Assembly (NCBI RefSeq): GCF_006345805.1
Contig: NW_021825632.1
Coordinates: 1-15,204, forward strand
Origin: Octopus sinensis
Lineage: Eukaryota
Reading direction: 5' to 3'
Length of the DNA: 15,204 nt
A program made the position numbers and the translations under genes. The notes under the pieces are model-generated. The model worked only from the letters and a program-made list of their open reading frames with translations. It was not told the DNA's origin and searched no databases. Shown in pieces: positions 1-10,197 of this stretch. Position 1 is the stretch's first letter; every line of letters starts with the position of its first letter.

Positions 1-56
1 TACACATATATATATATATATATATACACATATATATATATATATTATATATATAC

Positions 57-98
<42 letters not shown>

Positions 99-102
99 TA
101 TA
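1..102. repeat. (TA)n microsatellite with occasional CA interruptions
   Basis: Read directly from the sequence; abuts the broken 3' end of the LINE. Confidence 0.97.
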
Positions 103-2130
103 GTGTATTCAGGGTTCTGTATTGCCTGTGAAACTATTGTATCATCAGCATAACTTGTGATCGTGGCTGAGGGCATGTCTGAGAGGGCCATTATGAACAG
201 TAGTGGTCCCAAAACAGTGCCCTGTGGAACACCGCTCACTATTTGCGTGCTACCACCTGACTTCTATTCTTCAGAAAGTCGTGAAGCCATTCTCCTAGTT
301 TTCCAACTATGCCAAGATCACGCAGTTTGTGACATATCATTCCATGATCGACTTTATCGAAGGCCTTTGCGAAGTCGAGATATATGACTTCCACATTTGA
401 GTGGTTGAGCAGTTGTTTCAGCACCCCATCATAGTGCTGCAGGAGCTGAGTTAAGCAGCTTCTTCCTGGTCGGAAACCATGTTGGGTGTCAGGCAGCAAG
501 TCATTTTTTCAAGGAAGGTGATTAGTTTCCTTCTGACTATTCGTTCCATGACCTTGCTGATGGTGAGCAGAGAGATAGTCTGTAGTTCTTGGCCTCCGCT
601 CTGCTACCTCCTTTATGAATAGGGCATATTTTACCTTCCTTCAGTTTGCCAGCTGCAAGGAAGCTCTGAAAGAGGAACTGCAGTGGTCTTGCTATGACTC
701 TCTTACATGCTTTTAGGAGGATTGCCGGGAATCCATCGGGGCCAATAGCTGAGTCTGTTTTCATTTTATCTATAGCCTTTATTACATCGTCTTCCTTTAT
801 ATCGATGTAATTTATCGTCGCCGCCTCTGATTCTATATCTGCAGTGGTAAAGAAGTCAGTTGGATTGCTGATTTGGTAATGCCCAAGGGGTGGGGTGAAA
901 ACACTCTTGAATTGTTCATTCAGTATTTCACTTACCCTCATTGGTTTTCCTGTTAGTGTGCCATCCTTTTGAAGGAGTGGCCCTATCCTACAGTGCACCG
1001 TAGCTGTTTCTTTGGCATACCTGTAGAAAGCTCTGGGGTTGTTTTATGTTGTCTATAGCCCAGGCTTCTTTGTCTGCTCTCTCCTTCTCATGGGAGAGTT
1101 GCAGACAATTTTCAATTTCTAACAGTTTTATTTTCAGGCGGGACTTTTCACTGCTTTCAATTTGTTTGTTTAGGCGATTTGAAATTTTTGTACGCCATCT
1201 CATTAAAATTTTCCTCTCTCTGGGGATTTTGTTCTTGTGTACAGTGGCCTTTCTCTCTGGGACACATTTGTAGCATATGGCTTGCATTACAGACATGAAT
1301 TGTTGAAGTTTCACGTCGATGTCTGGCGAGGAGAGACATTCAGGCCAGTTTTGTTTGAGGATCTCTTTCTCAATTTGTTTCCAGTTTGCCTTATGGAAGT
1401 TCAAGCTGGAAAGATTCTGAGGGTTTCGTGTAGGCTGCATGTCCATGTTTTCCTTTGGCCCGTACATGGTCAGCTCTACCATGTTGTGATCCGAGAGTAG
1501 TGTCGGTGTCACTTTCACATTATGGATGAGATCCATATTATTTGTGAAGCAGAGATCCAGTGTGTTACCTGCCCTGGTTGGTTGGAGTATTACTTGCTCC
1601 ATGTACAGGGTGTTGATGAGGTTCAGGAGGGACCTCGCCTGTCCTCGTTCACATCTTGTCATTCCTGGGAAAGAAAGGCCCTAGGGCCATCTGACATTGG
1701 GTAGATTGAAGTCTCACATAAGAAGTACACTTATGTGTTGTTCTAATGTGATTAGAACTTCTATTTTTATAAGGCAGTCTTCAAACTTACCTACATGGCT
1801 TGGGGCATCTGGAGGGCGATATGTAGCACACACAACTACACCAAGTTGCCTTACATGTACAATTAGTGTGTCACACACCGAGTTTGAGTATGATAAAAGG
1901 ACCTGGGGTGTGAGGTCCTCACGGATGTACATAGCAACTCCTCCATGACTCCTTTTTCTTCTGTCGGTCCGTAGTACAACATACTGTGGTATGTGTAATT
2001 CCGCATCTGCTATGTGCGGTTTCAGGTGTGTTTCCGTAAGTGCTATGCATAAGGCTTGATTGCATGCAACAAAGTCTCTCAAGAACGGGATTTTTGTCCT
2101 GTTACTGAGTGTTAGCAGTCCTTGATGGAG
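103..2130 (-). pseudogene. LINE ORF2 (APE endonuclease + reverse transcriptase) pseudogene
   Basis: ORFs 1714..2274 and 988..1662 are in one frame, separated by TGA (1716-1714, where GDFN is expected) and TAG (1683-1681). Frameshifts lie near 990, in the 500-560 area and near 240. Homology stops shortly after YADD. Confidence 0.92.
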
Positions 2131-2700
2131 CCAGGTTAGCTGCTGTACAATCTTTTGTGCCATGCACACAAAAGATTCTTGTTCAGCAGCTGCCCTTTCA
2201 ATAACATGTTGGCAGTTTGTAGCACGCACCACATCTGCATACCTCCATTTTGGGGCAGGTGGTGCGTGGTCCATCCCTTTTCCTTTTGGTAGTTGGTTTC
2301 TGAACTGTTTCGTGTTTTTGTGGCAGGGTCTTTGATGTACAAAACGGCAACCTGCACCTTCTCTGCATGCCAGCAGACACCTTTCAGGTGGAATTTACAC
2401 ATTCGTGTGCGCTGTCTGTTTCTATCCTTTTTGGTACATGGATAGTCAGGTTTGCTTCTATCCTTGGCTGTTTCATTTTTTGGTTTTGTTTGAGTTTTAG
2501 TTTTTCCTTCTTCGGCTGTTTCATCTTTTGTTTTTCTTTTAGTTTTTCCTCCTTTTATTTCTATTTTGGCTCTTTCATCTCCATGGCTTTTGGTGCTGGT
2601 AGGAGCACTTGCACTTGGGTTTACTTCCCGGGTAGGTTTCTCACTTGAATCTTCTTCCTGGGTGTCTTCATCAGCACCCGTGTCTCCATCCTTGCCATAT
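2131..2700 (-). pseudogene. Probable LINE ORF1 remnant (charged low-complexity region plus Cys/His cluster)
   Basis: ORF 2136..2732 is K/E/T-rich with CKFHLKGVCWHAEK. A frameshift continues as CRLPF (ORF 2198..2380). It lies directly upstream of ORF2. Confidence 0.55.
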
Positions 2701-2727
2701 TTACTTATATATATACACACATACACA

Positions 2728-2860
2728 ATCATTTAACTCCACTTTGTTACGCCTGCATGGATCAGACAGTTTACTAAAGGCAGATTTTCTAAGGCCAAGT
2801 GCCCTTTCTGTCACCAACACTCATGTTTGTAAGCAAGGTAATATTTCCTCATAGTCAGAC
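2728..2860 (-). mobile_element. Dispersed repeat fragment, probably an RTE-type LINE/SINE 3' tail
   Basis: Similar to 3131-3258 (reverse complement), 10809-10947 and 11110-11199 in this window (GCATGG..CAGATTTTCTA..GCCC.TTC.TGT..CCAAC..GCAAGGTAATATTT). The family name is from recall only. Confidence 0.6.
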
Positions 2861-2899
2861 AATATATTGGAAATGAATAACACTACTTGTATGACAGTG

Positions 2900-3071
2900 A
2901 AACTCATTTACAACTATCACACGATCTCAAGGCAAAGACACACACAATGATCTTCTTTCAGATTCTGTCTACCAAATCCACTCAAGTTTTTGATTGGTCC
3001 ACAGCTACAATAAAAGACACTTACCTAAGATGTCACAAAGTGGTCGGGAAGCAAACGTTTTACCACACAAC
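2900..3071 (-). mobile_element. Decayed tRNA-derived SINE fragment (octopus-type)
   Basis: TCTTCTTTCAG.TTC.GTCTACCAAATCCACTCA...AAGACACTT.CC.AAG.TG.CAC...TTACCACACA matches an abundant octopus SINE as I recall it; not verified by search. Confidence 0.55.
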
Positions 3072-3130
3072 CCCCCCCACACACACACACACGTGAGGTT
3101 GTCTGTTTCTAATCTTAACTGAAAAAGCTT

Positions 3131-3258
3131 CTGGAAAATATTACCTTGCCTGAAAACAGGTTGGCAACAGGAAGGGCATCCAGCTGTAGAAAATTTGCCT
3201 CAAATTCTATCTGACCCATGCAAACATGAAAAAGAGGACATCAAATGGTGGCGGTGAT
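3131..3258 (+). mobile_element. Dispersed repeat fragment, probably an RTE-type 3' tail (opposite orientation to 2728-2860)
   Basis: GGTTGGCAACAGGAAGGGCATCCAGCTGTAGAAAATTTGCCTC...GACCCATGCAAACATG followed by a decayed (GAT/GGT)n tail. Confidence 0.6.
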
Positions 3259-4569
3259 CTGATATGCACGTGCACACACACACACACACTGTGTGTAAGA
3301 GAGAGGTTAGGGAGGAAGCAAGCTGCTAGCCTGGTGGACCACATCCTTTGTAGAAGAATCAAAATTTAAAATCAGCTAATGAAATGTGTCATTCATACCT
3401 TCAACTTTTCCTGCTAAAAATATTGATTTCCATTTTCATAGTTTAATAAAGAATGTTGAGAAATATAAAAAGCAGCAATGATTGAACATTTTTGACTGTT
3501 AACCCAATTGTCACTACAATAGACCAGGTCTTGCAGAAACAAAAAGAATAAAGACAGTATTTAAATTCTCTAAAAGCAATAAATGCATTTCAGTTGACAT
3601 AGAAAAGAGTTTATATTCTTAAAGAGATTGATCCCTTTTTAGCAGAGAAAAAAAAAAGCCAGCTACTCTGAGCAGTTAAATTAGAAGTGTATATTTAAAT
3701 GTTTTAAAATATGACACTGGACATAGAAATTATATTTGCACAGACAATTGTCAAAAAAATAGAGTGATTAGCATGCAAATTATGTTAAACAGAAAACCTG
3801 TTGGATAAACCAGCAACTATATCATTTTACCAAACATTTATTGTATTAGAAAACTTGATTTCCTTTAAAATTTGCTTTATTCAACATTATAAAAAATTAA
3901 AAGCAAACAAAAATTAAGCCATTTGCAGGGAGTAGAAAACACCTAAACAAAATGGTTAATTTAGAGAATGAAAATAAGAAAGGTAACAAAGTAGATAAGC
4001 AAGTTTCACAGAAAATTTACTATGAAAATACAATGTTATTTTAACATCATCAAGTCTCTGTTAATGGAGGAAAGGAAAAGAAAAAAAAGGTTACTGTCAG
4101 GAATAACCAGTTCATAGTCCATGATTAAACAATGAATTGGAAGATAAATTCAATAATCATAAAAATATCAAGCTAAATATCACATGAGATTTGTTTGATC
4201 TTGTACAATGTAATGAAGGTTTATGTATAAATGAGTTTATTTATTAAGCTGTGTAAGTTAAAAAGAAAAACAACAAACAAAAGTCTAATTGGTTTTTCAA
4301 GAGACAACACATATATATTACAAAAGATGTGCATGAAACCATTTGTCTGTCATGTCTGTTTCTGATGGCCTTTTAGGTTACATGGATTGGAAACTGAGTA
4401 TAAATAACTGGGTAAATACATTTGGTTGAAAACATTTTAACTGGTTTGAAAACAAAGACAATACATGACTTTGCAATAAGCAAATATCAAGTCAGAAAGA
4501 TAATGTATTTTAAATAATACACTTGAAAATCACAAAGTTGACAGAAAGTTATAAACTTGCTTTTATCAC

Positions 4570-5130
4570 TATGAATCTCTTCCTTTCTCACTAACAACCA
4601 GATCCATTGAGGCTCGTTCATCTACCTCATTGTTCCTTGAGAACTTTGACCAAAATTTTATCCTTGGCAACAAATCTTTGACTGTGCCTCAGTCTGAGAA
4701 CTTCATAGCTAAGTTGCCAGGCTGCAGAATGTGTATCTCATAATCTTGGACTGGAAGTTATATTGTCAGATCACACAGTTCTGTCGTAGGAAGCATTAAC
4801 ACAGATCTTTGACCAATATTCAACAAACTCTTCTGTGCCTCAGGGTCTCAATATGTCTCCCGCCGGGGACAGTTAAATGTAAAAACTCAACATATGACAG
4901 CCACAAATGTTCTATATTTCTGCCATAACAATTTCTATTCTGCTAACAAACATAACACTTCCACCAAATCCACCTTACATACCAGCATCTATCAACACCA
5001 CTATTTTGTCTCAAACCTTGCACTGGACATATTTTCTTAATCTTTACCCATTCATAACTGAAATTCTCTCCCACAACTGAAACTCAAGCCAAAACAACAA
5101 CATTTTCCTCACTTCTTACTCAATAAACAT
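4570..5130 (+). mobile_element. Highly decayed LINE RT and 3'-end remnant
   Basis: Manual translation gives LENFDQNFILGNKS(F)D, FIAKLPG..SWTGSY, NSSVPQGLNMSP (cf. SGVPQGSVLSP) and *NSLP (cf. WNSLP), with frameshifts and an internal deletion. Confidence 0.55.
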
Positions 5131-5246
5131 ATCTTACTTTTGGAGCATTTCACATGTTGAAAAGCCAGATAAAAAGTTCCACAAATGTATTAGATTTTCA
5201 CTAAGTAAAAATACAAATATACAAAGACAACATTTGAAAATAACTG

Positions 5247-5333
5247 AGCATTTACAGATATATACACCTACATGTAGCATTTACACATGTAAATACCTAT
5301 ATGTAGCATTCACACATGCAAACATCCATGTAT
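5247..5333. repeat. Degenerate 29-bp tandem repeat, 3 copies
   Basis: AGCATT(T/C)ACA starts at 5247, 5276 and 5305. Confidence 0.75.
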
Positions 5334-5847
5334 ATTGATAGTGATAACATCAAATTAAGCTGGTTAAATGAACCAAAAACAGAAAAAATTGTGTGTGATT
5401 TACTTAAATGATATTATCTTTTTTTTAGGATTGTATAAAAAATATAATTCTCCAATTGCAAATAAAATAAAATATTGGTATAGAAAGAAAATCCAAAACA
5501 AGTAAAAAAAAAATTATATTAAAAAAATTTAAAAATCAATTGATAAAATAATTACATTTTTTAATTAAGTTCAACATAAGGCAGATAGTTTATAGTAGAC
5601 AAAGTCTATCCAAACAGGTAATCTTGATTACATCACAATGAAAAGCATATGCAATCATTTGTTTTTAAAGAACAGAAATTACTGGAAGTTTGTGAACACT
5701 TCAGAAAATATTTTTCTATTTCCACAAATTAAATGGAATAGGGAATGTAGGTTGGTCTTTTACTTTTCTCCTTTCATATATTGTTAATTAGAGAAAGAGA
5801 CTTGCCATGGTAGTTGGGGAGGATACAGTAAGTATTTTTCTTGTAGT

Positions 5848-5933
5848 TTAAGAAACATTTGACAGAACATATGTAGTTATGTGTGGGACTGGAGTTGTTG
5901 AATGAGTTTTGTTGTCATCGTTATAGACTAATC
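5848..5933 (-). CDS. Inferred terminal coding exon of the R-SNARE gene: (G)LVYNDDNKTHSTTPVPHITTYVLSNVS*
   Basis: Strong acceptor TTTTCTTTCTTTTTGTCATTTCAG ending at 5934. Its phase (1) matches the donor at 10197. The frame is open for 27 codons to TAA (5850-5848), and LVY completes the transmembrane helix. Confidence 0.7.
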
Positions 5934-6124
5934 CTGAAATGACAAAAAGAAAGAAAAATAAAATTTATTTGTATTGTTGACACCTCAATAACAAGAAAGA
6001 TTCTACATGGTCCTAAGATTTGACAAAGAAACAGGCTCTGTTGTATAAATATCTATGTTGTAATATGAAAGTTAAGAATAGGTTTTTATTGTCTATCCTG
6101 AACAATATTAATACATTGTTTTAA

Positions 6125-7772
6125 GGCCACTCACCCTGCTAAAGTATCACTTGGCCTTGTTACCCTTCTCAGTCTTTTCCATTTCATCCTGTTCTTTATG
6201 CCCTTCCACCTCATTTCATCCTCCATCATTATCTTTAGCCATATCTTTCTCAGTCTTGGTTTTCTTCTACTTCCTCTCATTCAATTACTTTCACCCTTCC
6301 CCAGCACATGATCCACCCATCTTATCCCATTTCTCTCAGTGACATCTATCACTAAGTCTATCCCTTCCCATTGCCCACTATAATTCATTGGTTTTCTTCT
6401 GTCAGTAATACACCACTCTTTTCCTTCCCATCATCCTCTCCAATTCATTGTCTTCCTTTCTTGCAAAACTATTCTCATTTCTTTCCTTTCCAGCCCTTCT
6501 CTGCTGCTCCACTTTCCTTATCCATGTCTTGTACTCATAAATCATGATACTATTCACACATGCATCATTCATCTTTCCTTTCAGTTTCATTAACATATAA
6601 CTCAGTTCTAGAAACTTCTTCCAGGTATATCACACTCCAACCATCATCACCAAATACAATTCACCTTCATACATCACACCATTTCAAAGATCCAGCTCAA
6701 TGTTCCCTCCACCTGCAGCTTCCTCTATATATAAACCTCACACTTAAACCTAGCTGGCACATTAGTAATTAACTATGTCACACTATTATATTTTCAATGA
6801 ATCTACCCATAATATATTGTACATTTGATGGAGTTTATCCAACACTCTTCCTGCACATGGTTAGTTTTTCCATCACATACTTTACAACATGTCATGACCT
6901 TCATCTTTCTAATATTTACCTTCATACCTTTTGTTTCCATAAATTCCTTCCACCTATTCATCTTCTTCAATCTAGCCATACTCTCTGCTGTTAACACCTG
7001 TATTTTCATTCAGAATTACTGTACATTTGATGGAGTTTATCCAACACTCTTCCTGCACATGGTTAGTTTTTCCATCACATACTTTACAACATGTCATGAC
7101 CTTCATACCTTTTGTTTCCATAAATTCCTTCCACCTATTCATCTTCTTCAATCTAGCCATACTCTCTGCTGTTAACACCTGTATTTTCATTCAGAATTAC
7201 TGTACATTTGATGGAGTTTATCCAACACTCTTCCTGCACATGGTTAGTTTTTCCATCACATACTTTACAACATGTCATGACCTTCATCTTTCTAATATTT
7301 ACCTTCATACCTTTTGTTTCCATAAATTCCTTCCACCTATTCATCTTCTTCAATCTAGCCATACTCTCTGCTGTTAACACCTGTATTTTCATTCAGAATT
7401 ACTGTACATTGATGGAGTTTTATCCACACTCTTCCTGCACATGGTTGTTTTTCCATCACATACTTTACAACATGTCATGACCTTCATCTTTCTAATATTT
7501 ACCTTCATACCTTTTGTTTCCATAAATTCCTTCCACCTATTCATCTTCTTCAATCTAGCCATACTCTCTGCTGTTAACACCTGTATTTTCATTCAGAATT
7601 ACTGTACATTTGATGGAGTTTATCCAACACTCTTCCTGCACATGGTTAGTTTTTCCATCACATACTTTACAACATGTCATGACCTTCATCTTTCTAATAT
7701 TTACCTTCATACCTTTTGTTTCCATAAATTCCTTCCACCTATTCATCTTCTTCAATCTAGCCATACTCTCTG
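6125..7772 (-). mobile_element. Decayed RTE-clade LINE, C-terminal RT region to 3' end
   Basis: Minus-strand translations: LTAESM..KKMNRWKEFMETKGMKVNIRKMKVM..INSIKCT, WKKFLEL, KLKGKMNDACVNSIMIYEYKTW and IRWVDHV..RKPRLRKIW. These follow the RTE order (AES..WK..GLKVN..KTKVM; KG.LY.ACV..Y..ETW; LRW.GHV..GRP.K.W). Confidence 0.75.
6818..7772. repeat. Tandem array of a ~202-bp unit, about 4.8 copies
   Basis: Units start at 6818 (202 bp), 7020 (181 bp), 7201 (202 bp), 7403 (200 bp) and 7603 (170 bp, partial), and are near-identical. Confidence 0.97.
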
Positions 7773-8064
7773 AAAAGTTCATAGGCTGACTATAAAAGAG
7801 TGATGTTAGAGCTGTGAAATTTTGGATTAATTTCAACTCTTCTTATTAAACTGCATTTCTTTCCAGTTAAACTGACATCTCACTGTTCAAAGAAGCCTTC
7901 AAAAGTAACTAATAGTGCTTCCTCTTGAAAATGAACAAGCTTTCACATTGTGGTGTTATTAAGTACATGCAGAAAAAGGGTTTAGCTCCAAGAAAATTCA
8001 TGCTGACATGGTTGCTACATTAGGGGATGACACTCCAACTTTATCAATAGTGCATAAATGGGCA
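7770..8064 (+). mobile_element. Tc1/mariner 5' fragment (TIR-like start and transposase HTH N-terminus)
   Basis: Begins CTGAAAAGTTCATAGGCTGAC. ATG at 7931 gives MNKLSHCGVIKYMQKKGLAP/KIHADMVATLGDDTPTLSIVHKWA with one frameshift. Confidence 0.8.
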
Positions 8065-8295
8065 CTACTCCCAATTCCTTTGTCTATGCTAGCTCTGCAG
8101 TGACAACCATGACTTTGTGACCTAGTCTCAACTTGTGGTTTGCCACTTCATCCTACTCTTCATCCCCTCACCTTTATCCACACTGTCCTTTTCTGGGCAT
8201 GATCTGTGGACCATGCCTCTGCTCTTTCTCCTCAAACCCACCTCACCCATATCCATCTCCTGTTTACCCTCACCTACCACCCCTCCAACATACCA

Positions 8296-8416
8296 TTCAT
8301 CAGCAGGGAAGGTGATGGCCTCAAGTTTTTTGGGATGTGAAAGGCATTGTGTTTATCAACTATCTTCAAACAAGCCACACCATCAATGGAGAGTACTTCG
8401 CCAACTTCCTGAAGCA
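8296..8416 (+). mobile_element. Tc1/mariner transposase catalytic-domain fragment
   Basis: SSAGKVMAS/FWDVKGIVFINYLQTSHTINGEYFANFLK matches the mariner motif GKVM.SVFWD..GI...DYL..G.TING.YY..LL. Confidence 0.85.
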
Positions 8417-8679
8417 TACACACATACACACACAGTTCAAATTTGCAGAAAACAAAAGACAGAGATAGGTGTAGAAACAACAAGCAGATGTATTAGTTTA
8501 ACACCTGTGAAGAATGGAAAAGTTTTTTACGTTATGAGCCTACACTCTTTGACAAAGGATTAAGAGGGAAAAAAATATGTAGAGTTCAACAGTCCAGCAT
8601 GACGAGATGACTGGAAAAAAAGAGGCTGAATGAAAGAGATATAATAATAATGATAACCCCAATGAACTAAGGTGCACAA

Positions 8680-9165
8680 GCACGTGTGTGTATGTGTGAA
8701 TAGGGGTGAATGTATGAGAATGTACATGTGGAGTGATATGCATTCGAAGTACTGGTAGGTATGTCTGTGTGAATGCGTACAACTAACCTAGTATATGTAT
8801 TGTGTGGAATGATGTGCGTTTTATGTATTTGTGTGCGTGTGTATGGATGCGTGTATGTGTTGTGTGTAGCAGTTGATGTGTACTTGTTCAGGTAGTGTGG
8901 GCATGTGAGTGTGTCTGACCAAATAATGTTCATGTGTATAGTGTACATTAGTGGGCGAACATTATCTGTGTCTATGCATGTTGCATGTGTTTATGCGTGT
9001 TGTGTATGTGTGTGTATATTGTCTGTGTTCAGGTATTATGTGCTTGTGTGGGAATGTGCATGATGGTGTGTGGTGTGTGTACTGAGTTAAACAGTGTGTG
9101 GGGCTGCTTGTAAAGTGGTATGTGTGATGACACTATTGAAGAGTGTGTGGGTAAACATGCATGTA
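8680..9165. repeat. Decayed TG-rich low-complexity region
   Basis: Strong enrichment of GTGT/ATGT words with no fixed period. Confidence 0.7.
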
Positions 9166-10197
9166 TGACTCATATCACTTGTTCTGTCCCTTATTACATT
9201 TACAAAAAGATAAAGGAATGGACAAATGTAAGGTTTGTTAAAATTTTCAAGATTTCACTGTAGAACTACAATGGATCACTAAAAAGAGGAAGATGAGTTT
9301 GATATCCATTTCCACTCCCCGACATAATATTACTTTCAAATGTAATATGATACTGGTTTTGTAAATGAAGTTAGAAATATGCTAATATCACTAAGCCTCA
9401 GTATATTACTGCTACAGTAACATGTGAAACAATAACTACTCTCATTTTTTACAGTTTTCTCTGGACTGTTCTCTATAGAACATAAGATTAAAGATGATTT
9501 TTGACCACTCATCAGAGAAGATACACTCAGTTTCAGATTTCTGTCTTAAGCATGAGGTTTATATTATATAGATAATAATAAATGCTCTGAAGGACAATGA
9601 AAGGAAAGGATTTATAATGATGTAAGAGAAATATAGTGAATATAACCGATATTCATTGATCATGAACAACAGAAAATACATTTGTGATAATAGATTTAAT
9701 ATAGTTGAACCATGTATAGATGGTGGTGGGGATGAAGTAGATTCATGAATACTTTAGGGTGAGAGAGTGGAACATGGGGATCAAATCAGATGACAGAAAA
9801 AGGGTTAAGGTCCATGGAGAAATAAGACATTGTAAACCTCTCAAACTGAAATTAGGAGAGGAAAATGAATTTTGTGATGATGATGCTGAAACACTCAGAT
9901 AAACTGATATGTGCTAGGTTTAACATATCTGGTATTTCTAAAAGGTTAAAAGGTAGTCATCCAAAATTGTAATTTATGCTATAAATTCTGTAACTGTAAA
10001 ATCTATACATCGATTCAAGATGACATAAATAATTTACATTTATTTAATCTCACAAGCCCTATTCAATTATTTATGAAAAAGTATTTTACTGACATAAAAT
10101 GGAATATATTTCATAGCACAGGGAGATGCTATATGAATTTGTATTGAACACTTCTGGTCAAAGACAAATGATGTGAGAAGCATTTTTTTTACTTTAC

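Larger units (their letters stand above)
103..2700 (-). mobile_element. CR1/L2-group non-LTR retrotransposon (LINE), disrupted and 3'-truncated
   Basis: Collinear minus-strand ORF pieces: APE endonuclease (IALTETHL, GGVAMYI, TYRPPD, M*DFNLP), linker, and RT motifs (QHGFRPGRSC, YLDFAKAFDKVDH, SGVPQGTVLGPLLF, YADD). The clade is inferred from motif wording. Confidence 0.92.

Noticed and set aside
157-2648. Plus-strand ORFs (157..387, 1046..1273, 1237..1500, 1522..1704, 1697..1948, 2367..2648), including a hydrophobic Phe-rich one
   Set aside because: They are antisense shadows of the LINE coding strand; the Phe richness mirrors Lys/Glu codons.
6797-7836. CRISPR-like array, or repeated small genes on both strands
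   Set aside because: The units are contiguous ~200-bp copies with no unique spacers. Minus-strand ORFs are broken RTE RT fragments and plus-strand ORFs are their antisense.
8135-8563. 142-aa ORF
   Set aside because: It is a chance chimera of filler DNA, a short in-frame mariner stretch (SSAGKVMAS) and a microsatellite.
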